From NCBI GenBank assembly GCA_036732045.1, contig DAINDD010000001.1, positions 60,828-122,729 of the forward strand: a stretch of DNA of 61,902 nt, in the 5' to 3' direction. A program made the position numbers and the translations under genes. Each line of letters begins with the position of its first letter. Positions within the stretch are counted from its first letter, which is position 1. Below are positions 37,624 to 46,725 of this stretch, in pieces. This DNA is from Chloroflexota bacterium (GTDB lineage Bacteria > Chloroflexota > Dehalococcoidia > SM23-28-2 > RBG-16-64-32). The notes beneath the pieces are model-generated. The model saw only the letters and a program-made list of their open reading frames with translations, ran no database searches and was not told the DNA's origin.

Positions 37624-37817
37624 AACGGACCCAACTTCTCGTCGTCCGCCGAACCCTCCTCGGAGCTGGACGCCGGCAGGTCGATTAGCAGCGCCATGCC
37701 GATGAAGAACAGGGCGCCCAGCGCGACGAAATAGTCGTGTGTGGCCACCGCGCCCGCCAGCCAGAACGCACTGATCGCCATGTTGATCAGGAACCACGAG
37801 AAAGAGTTGTCGAACAC
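37620..37817 (-). CDS. Small 65-aa membrane protein with two hydrophobic segments
   Basis: GGAG RBS; GTG overlaps upstream TAG (TAGTG); FSWFLINMAISAFWLAGAVA and YFVALGALFFIGMALLI. Confidence 0.6.
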   Translation of the reverse strand: MFDNSFSWFLINMAISAFWLAGAVATHDYFVALGALFFIGMALLIDLPASSSEEGSADDEKLGPF

Positions 37818-38872
37818 TACTCCGTCTCCGAGACCCGGCAGCTCTCGGGCGGCACGTCCGGGCGCAGCGCCTTGAACACCGGGAATCGCAGGCGTCCGTC
37901 CCGGGCTGGCTCGGCGTAGTTTATCGCCGCTACGACCTCCGGCCGGCACCAGAAGACCAGCCGCTCCAGCGTCGGCTCTTCCGAGAACTGGCAGGCCGCC
38001 GTCGTCGCCTCGTCCAGGCGGCGGACAAGCTCGCCGATCTCATCCTGGAAGCCGCCGCTCACCTCGCCTGCAAAATCGAGTTGTCCGTCCTCGCGCAAGA
38101 GGCCCAGCAGCAGCGACGAGATCGCCTCACGCGGCCTCGAACCGCCGCGCGGGTTCCAGCGGCCTCCGTAAGTGAACCCGCCCACGATGAAGTCGCGCTT
38201 CTTTTGCACCCGCACCGTCAGCCAGGCCCGGCTGCGCTGGCCCGTCAGGTAGCGGCTGTCCGCCTCCTTGGCGACGATGCCCTCCAGTCCGTGCTCCCGC
38301 GCTGCTTCGAAGAAAGCGACGCCGTCCTTCGTCACATAGTCCGGAACGGCGATCGTTGCATCGGGCCGCACGAGGCTGCGCAGCATTTCCTTTCGCCGCT
38401 GCAGCGCCCAGCCGGTCACAGCCTGCCGCTCCTGGTACACGAGGTCGAACGCCTGCAGCGTCACCGGGTATTGCTCGGCGAGCGATCGGGCGGTCTCCGC
38501 GTCGTCCACCGCCAGGCGGTGGCGCAGCCGTGAGAAGTCGGGCCGCCCGTCGGCGTTCAGGCAAACGATCTCGCCGTCGATGACCATCCCCGACTCCCGC
38601 AGGCGCCCGGCGAGCGAGGACAGCTCCGGGTAGCGCTGCGTCACATCGCGACCCCAGCGGTCTTGCAGACGGACGTTGCCCTGCTCGGCGAAGGCCAGCG
38701 AGCGGACGCCGTCCCACAATACCTCGAAAACGTGAGCAGGCGAATCGAACGGTTCAGCGGCGGCCGCCGGCAGCATCGGCTCGATCACCTGTGGCAAGGT
38801 CGCGCGGGCGGGCATGGCGGGCGGCGCCGCAGCTTGCCGGCGCCCGTGGCGAAGTGTCATCGCCCGCCCCAC
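37817..38872 (-). CDS. ATP-dependent DNA ligase homologue lacking catalytic lysines (start uncertain: 38872, 38860 or 38815)
   Basis: IEPML, FEVLWDGVR, IDGEIV, AFDLVY, EGIVAK, WLTVR, OB-fold LRFPVFKALRPD. Confidence 0.85.
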   Translation of the reverse strand: MGRAMTLRHGRRQAAAPPAMPARATLPQVIEPMLPAAAAEPFDSPAHVFEVLWDGVRSLAFAEQGNVRLQDRWGRDVTQRYPELSSLAGRLRESGMVIDGEIVCLNADGRPDFSRLRHRLAVDDAETARSLAEQYPVTLQAFDLVYQERQAVTGWALQRRKEMLRSLVRPDATIAVPDYVTKDGVAFFEAAREHGLEGIVAKEADSRYLTGQRSRAWLTVRVQKKRDFIVGGFTYGGRWNPRGGSRPREAISSLLLGLLREDGQLDFAGEVSGGFQDEIGELVRRLDEATTAACQFSEEPTLERLVFWCRPEVVAAINYAEPARDGRLRFPVFKALRPDVPPESCRVSETE

Positions 38873-39173
38873 GTATTCATCTTATTCAGAAGATAGCGCA
38901 GGCTCGGGGCGTCGTCCACATTGCGATGACACGGGGGAACCGGGAAATGGCGACTGGGATCATACCCTCGAGGTCGGCCCTTACTCCTGTTCGCGGTTCC
39001 TCCCCGGCTAACTGAAAAGTCACGCCTCTGTAACCGTTTCTTAACCGAAAGCCGCCATGCCTGTCCTACTATTCAATAGCCGCGCCTTGGTTCTCATCGC
39101 CGCACCCCCAAACGACGGAGAGAGCAGCGCGCTTTTTTTCTTTCTCCAGGATTTGGGGCTACACTAGAAGCAG

Positions 39174-39485
39174 ATGGCAAACAAGGTTCATGAAAACGGC
39201 TGGTACATCTGGTCCAGCCATGGCACAGTCCTCTTCTACGTCGCGCTGAACCCGGGATGCACGATCGCCGAAATCGCTGAGGGCCTTTGTCTCACACAGC
39301 GGACCATCTGGGGCGTCGTCGGAGACCTGCGTCGCGCCGGCATGCTCAACATCACCCGCGAAGGACGCCGACATCGCTACAGCGTTAAGCTCGACGCCAC
39401 CTTCCGCCACCCGACGATCGAGAGCGTCCCCCTGCGCACGCTCTTTGGGCGGCTGCCCCAAGTCCGCCAGGCGACGACCGCCTAA
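39174..39485 (+). CDS. Small winged helix-turn-helix protein
   Basis: HGTVLFYVALNPGCTIAEIAEGLCLTQRTIWGVVGDLRRAGML...REGRRHRYSV. Confidence 0.8.
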   Translation: MANKVHENGWYIWSSHGTVLFYVALNPGCTIAEIAEGLCLTQRTIWGVVGDLRRAGMLNITREGRRHRYSVKLDATFRHPTIESVPLRTLFGRLPQVRQATTA

Positions 39486-40834
39486 GCGCGCGCAGCCGAA
39501 AGCGCCTCGACGATCGCTTCGTCCTGCGCCGGATCGACTGTCCGCGGGTCGAGAAGCAGCTTTCCGCCCTCGATGCGAGCAACGACCGCCGGGTCACCGA
39601 GCCGCAGCGCCCGCGCGATCTGGTTGAGTCTCGCGCCGTCGTCTTCGACCGCCAGGAGCTTCGTCGGCAGGCTCTCCTCCGGCAGGCTGCCGCCGCCGAT
39701 CATCGACCGCCCGTCGACGACTTTCGATCCGGAGACGACTCCCGCCCACGCCCGGGCCCGCGCCTCGATCTCCGCCAGCGGCATCGCGATCATCCGCCAG
39801 ACCGGGATGTGTGTTAGCGCCTCGCCCCGCAGGTAGTGCAGGAGCGTCGCTTGGAGCGCCGCGACCGAGGTCTTGTCCATTCGCACCGCGCGAGCCAGCG
39901 GATGACGCCGAAGGGTATCCACCAGCTCCGCCCGCCCGGCGATGATCCCCGCCTGCGGCCCGCCGAGCAACTTATCGCCCGAGAAGAGACAGAGGTCGGC
40001 GCCTGCTGCCATGCTTTCGCCCACCGATGGTTCGGCCGCCAGTCCGAACTGCCGCACGTCCAGCAGGCAGCCGGAACCGATGTCATCCAGCAGCAGCAGG
40101 CCGCGCTCGTGCGCCACCCGCGCCAGGTCGCGCAGTTCCGGCTGCTCGGTGAAACCGGTGATGCGGAAATTACTCGCGTGCACCCGCATGACTGCCGCTG
40201 TGTCGGGCCTGATCGCCGCCTCGTAATCGCGCAAATATGTGCGGTTCGTGGTGCCGACTTCGATCGGGGTCGCACCTGACTGGCGCATCACGTCCGGGAT
40301 CCGGAAGCCGCCGCCGATCTCGACAGCCTGCCCGCGCGAGACGATCACACCGCGGCCGGAAGCCAGTGCGGTCAGCGCCAGCAGCAGCGCCGAGGCATTG
40401 TTGTTCACCGCAATCGCCGCCTCCGCGCCGGTCAGTTGGCGCAGCGCCGCTTCCAGGTGCGTGAACCTTGAACCCCGCTCGCCAGCTTCGAGGTCAAACT
40501 CCAGATTCGAGTAGCCGCGTGAAACCGCTGCCATCGCCTCGATCGCCGCGCTCGAAAGTGGCGCGCGGCCGAGGTTCGTGTGGATGATCACACCTGTCGC
40601 GTTGATCACCGGCCGCAGCGACGGCTCGAACACCAACCGCGCTAGCCCCAGCACGTCCTCAGCCAGCCGCTCCTCCGACGGCGCCTCCGATCCTCGCGCG
40701 ATCGCGCCGCGTGCCGTCTCCAGCGCCTGCCGGGCGAGCTCCGTCAACGTCCCACCGTCTTCTTCGAGCGCACGCAGCCGCTCGTGCCGCACGAGCTTGT
40801 CCACCGATGGCAGGCTTCGATATGCATCAGCCAC
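39482..40834 (-). CDS. selA: L-seryl-tRNA(Sec) selenium transferase
   Basis: VINATGVIIHTNLGRAPL, NNNASAL, SRGQAVEIGGGFRIPD, VGTTNRT, FSGDKLLGGPQAG. Confidence 0.97.
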   Translation of the reverse strand: MADAYRSLPSVDKLVRHERLRALEEDGGTLTELARQALETARGAIARGSEAPSEERLAEDVLGLARLVFEPSLRPVINATGVIIHTNLGRAPLSSAAIEAMAAVSRGYSNLEFDLEAGERGSRFTHLEAALRQLTGAEAAIAVNNNASALLLALTALASGRGVIVSRGQAVEIGGGFRIPDVMRQSGATPIEVGTTNRTYLRDYEAAIRPDTAAVMRVHASNFRITGFTEQPELRDLARVAHERGLLLLDDIGSGCLLDVRQFGLAAEPSVGESMAAGADLCLFSGDKLLGGPQAGIIAGRAELVDTLRRHPLARAVRMDKTSVAALQATLLHYLRGEALTHIPVWRMIAMPLAEIEARARAWAGVVSGSKVVDGRSMIGGGSLPEESLPTKLLAVEDDGARLNQIARALRLGDPAVVARIEGGKLLLDPRTVDPAQDEAIVEALSAARA

Positions 40835-40987
40835 GCCCTAAAGTGTACGAGAGCAACCCGGAACTTGGAACAAGAAAGCCGGCTGTCGTGGGTCCTCGTT
40901 CCGAGTTCCTCGTTCCTTTGCGTCCCGTTAACATCCCGTTCAACCGTACCCCCTACGATATGATGGCGACGGGAGGGAAAACCACCG

Positions 40988-41740
40988 ATGGCTGACGAGA
41001 AGATACCGGCGGAAGCCCAACAACAATTCGGCGACAAGGGCCGTGCCGCGCGTGTGCCCGGCGTCTTCGACCAGGCGTTTCTGACCGACGTGGAAGGCGT
41101 TACCGAGGTCATCTTTATCCGTCACGCGCAGCCCGACATCAACTTTGAGGGCGTTGTCGGCGACACGATCGACCCGACTCTGACCGAGCACGGCCGTATG
41201 CAGGCGAACCTCATCGCCGAAGCGCTCTCGACGAAGAGGATCGACGCGATCTTCTCAAGCCCGCTCAAGCGTGCGATGGAGACTGCCCGGCCGATCGCCG
41301 CGCAGCACAAACACCTTGAGCTGAAGGTGGTCCCCGACCTCCGCGAAGTCGAGATCTTCCGCGATATCCCGCCCGACAAAACCGTGCAAGACTTCATCGG
41401 CCGGGAGCTGCTGATTGGCGTCCGCAACCGCATGCTCGATGAGCGCTCCTGGGACGTCTACCCCTACTCGGAGCCGAGCCGCGACTTCCGCAAGCGCTGC
41501 ATCAACGCCATCGAAGCGTGTATCGCCCACAACGCCGGCCACCGCATCGTCATCGTCTGTCACGGCGGTGTCATCAACGCCTACATGGGCCACATCATCC
41601 GCTCCGAGTACGACATGTTCTTCCGTCCCGCGCACGCCTCCATCAGCGTCGCCGTCGTGGGCGAGGGCCGCCGCGTTCTGCGCCTGCTTAATGACATTCA
41701 CCACCTGACAAACGTTGAAGGCGACTTCGCGACATATTAG
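40988..41740 (+). CDS. Histidine phosphatase (phosphoglycerate mutase) family protein
   Basis: FIRHAQ, SSPLKRAMETA, DLREV, IVCHGGVIN. Confidence 0.9.
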   Translation: MADEKIPAEAQQQFGDKGRAARVPGVFDQAFLTDVEGVTEVIFIRHAQPDINFEGVVGDTIDPTLTEHGRMQANLIAEALSTKRIDAIFSSPLKRAMETARPIAAQHKHLELKVVPDLREVEIFRDIPPDKTVQDFIGRELLIGVRNRMLDERSWDVYPYSEPSRDFRKRCINAIEACIAHNAGHRIVIVCHGGVINAYMGHIIRSEYDMFFRPAHASISVAVVGEGRRVLRLLNDIHHLTNVEGDFATY

Positions 41741-41833
41741 CCGTCCCTGACCCCCCCTGGACTCTTCACCCTCGACCCTTCCCGCCCGACCCGCTAACAT
41801 AACTACATCACCCCCAAAAGCGAGGCCGCACCC

Positions 41834-42946
41834 ATGACCCAGCAGAAAACCAAAGCACTCAACCTCCGCATCCCCGGCCCCACCCCCGTGCCGCCCGACA
41901 TCCTCGCCGCCGTCGGTCGGCCGATGGTTAACCACCGCGGCAAGGAGTTCGGAGGTATTGTCGAGCGCATCTCCGAACGCCTGAAGGACTTCTTCCTGAC
42001 CAGCCAGGACGTCATGGTGCTCTCCTGCTCCGGCACGGGCGGCCTCGAAGCCGCCGTCGTCAACACGCTTTCGCCCGGCGACAAAGTACTCGCCGTCAGC
42101 ATCGGCGCCTTCGGGGAGCGCTTTGCCACGATCGCCGAGACTTACGCCGCGGACGTCACGATGCTGCCCTACGAATGGGGCCAGCCCGCACGCGCCGACG
42201 ACGTCCGCCACGCGCTCAAGGAAGATTCACAGATCACGGCCGTCCTCGTCACGCACAACGAGACTTCCACCGGCGTCACCAACGCCCTCGCCCAGATCGC
42301 CGAAGTCGTGCGCGAGTTCGACAAGCTGCTGTTGGTCGATGCTGTGAGTAGCCTCGGCGCGATCCCGCTGGAGATGGACGCCTGGGGCCTGGACTGTGTA
42401 GTCACCGGCTCGCAGAAGGGCTGGATGGTACCGCCCGGCCTTGCCTTCGCGGCGCTGAGTGAGCGCGGGTGGCAGGCCTACGAGACGTCGAAGATGCCGC
42501 GTTTCTACTTCGACCTCGGCAAGCATCGCGATGCACAGGCCAGGGGGCAGACGCCCTTCACGCCGGCCATGTCGATCTTCTTCGGTCTCGACGTCGCGCT
42601 AGAGCGCATGTCGGAAGAGGGGCTGGAATCGATCTTCGCGCGGCACAAGCGAATCGGCGCGCTTACTCGCGATGGCGTCAAGCGCCTCGGCCTCGAGCTT
42701 CTGTGCACGGACGAGCGCTTCGCCTCCGACACCGTGACTGCCGTCAAGTGCCCCGAGGGGATCGAAGTCAGCGCCGTCCGCAGCGCGATGGAGGACGATC
42801 ACAACATCATCCTCGCCGGCGGACAGGGGAAGCTCACCGGCAAGATCTTCCGCATCGGTCATCTGGGCCTGTGCGAGGAAGACGACATCACGCAGACGCT
42901 CGAAGCCCTCGGCGAAACGCTCGCCAAGCTTGGCTTCAAGCGTTAG
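41834..42946 (+). CDS. Class V PLP aminotransferase (alanine/serine-glyoxylate family)
   Basis: IPGPTPVP, THNETSTGV, VDAVSSLG, GSQKGWMVPPG, FRIGHLG. Confidence 0.92.
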   Translation: MTQQKTKALNLRIPGPTPVPPDILAAVGRPMVNHRGKEFGGIVERISERLKDFFLTSQDVMVLSCSGTGGLEAAVVNTLSPGDKVLAVSIGAFGERFATIAETYAADVTMLPYEWGQPARADDVRHALKEDSQITAVLVTHNETSTGVTNALAQIAEVVREFDKLLLVDAVSSLGAIPLEMDAWGLDCVVTGSQKGWMVPPGLAFAALSERGWQAYETSKMPRFYFDLGKHRDAQARGQTPFTPAMSIFFGLDVALERMSEEGLESIFARHKRIGALTRDGVKRLGLELLCTDERFASDTVTAVKCPEGIEVSAVRSAMEDDHNIILAGGQGKLTGKIFRIGHLGLCEEDDITQTLEALGETLAKLGFKR

Positions 42947-43026
42947 CCAACCGGTCGAAGACGTGACCTGTAGGGTCATCGCCCCTCTAGCTTGCCGACC
43001 CGGCCGTCGTCGTTGCGTTGTAGGAT

Positions 43027-43740
43027 ATGGCCGGAAGAGGAGTCGATTTGGTAGTCGGTGCACTTCCGGGCAGCTTGCGTGCCCAGGCAGCGATCATTGC
43101 CTTGCTGGTGATCGTCCTCCTGACAATGGGGCTAGCAGCAGCCGATGAGACGGCGTCTGGTGGTGGGGACACCGGCTAGCACTACTACGCCACCTTCTTT
43201 GACCGCGAGAAGGCAAAGTACTCAGACAACGAATGCGTGGCTGCCGGGCGAATGTGGATCACTGCAACAGAGGTCAGAATAATCTATTCCGGCGTTGGCG
43301 CGCCGGAATGCTGGGAGGACACGCAAGGAGCGATGACTCAGATCCTGTACGATGATGGCCGCGAGCCGACTTTCAGCGAGTCGGGAGCCTCCAGCAGTAA
43401 CCGAAGCGATGTGTCGCCGGGGTACACTAAGGACTTTTCGGCTATGACCAGAGGCGGGGGCGCCTGGTGTGATCCGCAGTACTACACGTGCGAAGTCGTG
43501 GGGACCGAGGAAGTCGCCGGGCGTTCGACAGTCCATATTCACGTCAAACATATGGTGTCTCAAGGTGCCTCGGAGGAGGCGGACTCGCTCGACTTCTGGA
43601 TCGATTCGGAAACGGGAAGACCGCTTCGGGCGACCACGGGGAACGGATCGACAATCGACAGCGATTTTCAGGTGATCGACTTCGACGGCTCATCGCAACT
43701 GCCGGCGGGCGTATTTAGCGACCAGCCATTCGCCCATTAG
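43027..43740 (+). pseudogene. Exported LolA/LppX-like protein interrupted by one in-frame TAG at 43177-43179
   Basis: AGGA RBS, hydrophobic stretch AAIIALLVIVLLTMGLAAA; 19 sense codons join the TAG to ORF 43237..43740 in frame; LDFWIDSETGRPLR and LPAGVF motifs. Confidence 0.55.
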
Positions 43741-43966
43741 GCGCGCGCACTCTGAAGTGAGTACAGCCCGCAACCGGCCAAATCTGACCGCGCGCCCGCT
43801 GCGTATTATCTGGTGCAACGATTGGGCGTCGTTGCTCTTACCGGCGCGCGGGCGGGGATCCCTGAAATGGGCGATGTGGCTGGCAACCCCTCCTGCGGCC
43901 GGTGCTCTTTGTCCGCCCCACGCGCCCGGGACCCTTAAGCCTCCAAGGGGATGGGTAACGCCCCCG

Positions 43967-44617
43967 TTAGCTGGGCCGCAGGAACTTCGGAAGCAAGTCC
44001 TCGGGGCCGCTCGGCACCGTGTAGTGATCGTTGATCTCCGGCTCCTCGTAGCCCGCGATGTAGCGCCAGGTGCGGATGCCGACGACCGGCACGCCCATCT
44101 GGCGGCAGAGGCTCAACGCCTCGTCGCCTTTGCCCACCGGCACGTAGAGATAGAGCGGCGCTAGGTCCGCATACGGCAGCCACTCCCAGCGCGCCACCGC
44201 CTCGCGTACAGTCTCGTTCGTCTCGACTTCAGCCACGATGCGGCAGTTGTTCTCCGGGTGCTGCACTACCACGATGTCCGGATATGCGACGAGGCCGCCC
44301 GGCATCTCCACACCCATCGCGCGGATAGGGTGGTTCACGTATGTCTTGTAGTCGCGGTACTTCTCCGTCGGGAAGCCGAAGCGCAGGCGCGCGATGTCCT
44401 TCATTGCGCGGTCATGGATCAGCTCCCGCGATGCCGTCCGCGATGCGTAGGTGGGTGGCACGTAAGCGGCCGGTTGGCCAGCCGCCGGTGCCGGCCCCAC
44501 CATCTGCGAGAGGAGCGGGCTCTGCGGCATGCTGCCCTTCAGGTGGCTCAATGCCTCCTGCACCGGGTCGTTGGCGCTCGTCGTTGGTGGCGCCGGCGTC
44601 TTCGTGTCTTCGGCCAT
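43967..44617 (-). CDS. Hypothetical protein with PD-(D/E)XK-like motif
   Basis: Pro-rich N-terminus; YPDIVVV...IVAEVET; ATG at 44617. Confidence 0.7.
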   Translation of the reverse strand: MAEDTKTPAPPTTSANDPVQEALSHLKGSMPQSPLLSQMVGPAPAAGQPAAYVPPTYASRTASRELIHDRAMKDIARLRFGFPTEKYRDYKTYVNHPIRAMGVEMPGGLVAYPDIVVVQHPENNCRIVAEVETNETVREAVARWEWLPYADLAPLYLYVPVGKGDEALSLCRQMGVPVVGIRTWRYIAGYEEPEINDHYTVPSGPEDLLPKFLRPS

Positions 44618-44813
44618 ACTCGCTTGCTCCGGGTGATGTGGCTGTTTTCCGAAGTATGGCGGACGCGCCTTCGATAGAGCAAGAAGCGAAGATGTCGCGC
44701 TTGACCCCCGATGTTTGTTTTGTGATATTTGACACAAAGGAATCCCGTTGTTCCCCAGCATCGCACAACGCACCCTCCGATCTATCACGCGAGACGTCTA
44801 CCGGTAGCGCGTC

Positions 44814-45761
44814 ATGGCGACCACGCTGGCCGGCAGGGCCCCCGACGAAGGTGGTATCTTCGCTCGCCTGCGAGCCTCCTTCGATCTCCGCTACTACGCC
44901 GCCGCCACCGCCATCGCCACCTACGGGCTGATCGTCCTCGGGGGCACGGTGCGAGCCACCGGCTCCGGTGAGGCCTGCCCCGACTGGCCGCTCTGCAAGG
45001 GAAACGTGGTGCCGCCGCTGGAGGCGAAGGTCTGGGTCGAGTTCTCGCACCGGCTGATGGCGTCTGTCGTTGGCTTTCTGATAGCCGGCCTCGTCTACGC
45101 GATCTGGCGGCGCCGCAAACAAGACCCGCTGCTCTGGCGTGTCGGCATCCTCGCCGGCGTTTTGCTCGCCCTGCAAATCATCGTCGGCGGCATCACCGTC
45201 GATACGCAGACAGCCGCGGGTGTCGTAGCCATCCACCTCTCGATCGCCCTCACACTGCTCACCACGCTTATCTTCATCACCGCGCGGCTTTTCCGCACCG
45301 AGGACCGTCCGCTCGTCAGGCTTGAGGTGCTTCCGTGCATTGTGCTCGCCGGCGTCTTCGCGTTGGTCGTCACGGGCGTCTTCGTCTCGCAGAAAAACGC
45401 CGGGCTGGCGTATCCCGACTGGCCGCTGTTCAACGGCGGTGTCACGCCGTCGTCGTCGGAGGCGGGGCAGCTCCACTACGCCCATCGCATCGTCGCGGGC
45501 AGCGTCGGGCTGCTCTTCCTGGCGCTGTTCGTGCAGGCCGTCCGCCGTCATGCCTCGCCCAAGGTAGTCTGGCTGCTGACCGGCGCCGGCGTGCTGTTCG
45601 TCGCGCAGGCGCTGCTCGGCGCGGCCAACGTCTGGCTGGAGCTGGCCACCTCCGTCCGCATCGCGCACCTGGCCCTAGCCTCTGCCGTGTGGGCCGTGCT
45701 AGTGTTCACGATGGCGTGGGCCTACCAGAACGGCCTTCGTCTGACGAAGGGAACCTCCTGA
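44814..45761 (+). CDS. ctaA: Heme A synthase (COX15/CtaA)
   Basis: GSGEACPDWPLC, EFSHR, AIHL, LHYAHR, RIAHL; eight hydrophobic segments. Confidence 0.9.
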   Translation: MATTLAGRAPDEGGIFARLRASFDLRYYAAATAIATYGLIVLGGTVRATGSGEACPDWPLCKGNVVPPLEAKVWVEFSHRLMASVVGFLIAGLVYAIWRRRKQDPLLWRVGILAGVLLALQIIVGGITVDTQTAAGVVAIHLSIALTLLTTLIFITARLFRTEDRPLVRLEVLPCIVLAGVFALVVTGVFVSQKNAGLAYPDWPLFNGGVTPSSSEAGQLHYAHRIVAGSVGLLFLALFVQAVRRHASPKVVWLLTGAGVLFVAQALLGAANVWLELATSVRIAHLALASAVWAVLVFTMAWAYQNGLRLTKGTS

Positions 45762-45763
45762 CC

Positions 45764-46670
45764 TTGGCGACGATCACCACTACCACCGCCACTGCCGCGC
45801 GCGACATCCGTGGAGTGATCTGGTCGTACATCCGGCTCACGAAGCCGCGGATCGTCATGCTGCTGGTCATCACGACGATCCCGGCGATGATGCTGGCCGA
45901 AGGCGGCATGCCTTCTGCCTGGCTGATGCTGGCGACGGTTTTCGGCGGCTCCGTCGTGGCGGGCGGCGCCAACGCCCTCAACATGTACTTCGACCGTGAC
46001 ATCGACCAGATCATGGTGCGCACGCGTGTGCGGCCGGTGCCGTCTGGACAGGTGGACCCGGAAAAGGCCGCGATCTTCGGGATAGTGCTCGGCGGCGCGG
46101 GCTTTGCCTTTATGCAGGTCTTCGTGAACCCGCTCGCGGCGTTCCTCACGATTGGAGCGCTGGCCTTTTACGTCGTCGTATACACGCTCATCCTCAAGCG
46201 CTCGACGCCGCTCAACATCGTGATCGGCGGCGCGGCGGGCGATGCCGCCGGTCATCGGCTGGGCTGCCGTCACTGGCTCCGTCAGCGTCGAAGCCCTGCT
46301 GATGTTCGCCATCGTCACGCTCTGGACGCCGCCGCACTTCTGGGCGCTTTCCCTCAACTACAGCAGCGACTACAAGCGCGCCGGCGTGCCAATGCTCCCC
46401 GTCGTCAGCGGCATCGATGAGACCAAGCGCCAGATCCTCCTCTACTCTTTCGCCCTGGTCGCGGCGACGATTGCGCTGGCCTTCCTGAGCGACGCCGGCC
46501 TGTTCTACTTGGCGTCCGCCGCCGCGCTGGGAGCCGGGTTCTTGTACTACGCCGCGAAGCTCTGGCGCTCCGGCGCGCTCCGCGATGCGACGGGCCTCTT
46601 CCGCTACTCGATCCTCTATTTGGCGCTGCTCTTCGGCGCTATCGCACTTGATGTGCTGATCCGGACGTGA
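45764..46670 (+). pseudogene. ctaB: Protoheme IX farnesyltransferase (heme O synthase) with frameshift at about 46241
   Basis: LTKPRI, DRDIDQIMVRTRVRP, YTLILKRSTPLNIVIGGAAG then MPPVIGW, WTPPHFWAL, DYKRAGVPMLPV in another frame. Confidence 0.85.
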
Positions 46671-46725
46671 GGCCAGCGTTGACTTACGCGTATTCGGTAT
46701 CTGATCATACGGGCGAAGTCCGACC

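Noticed and set aside
38875-39170. tRNA-Sec (selC) near selA
   Set aside because: No TCA anticodon loop, TTCGA T-loop or CCA end in a cloverleaf on either strand
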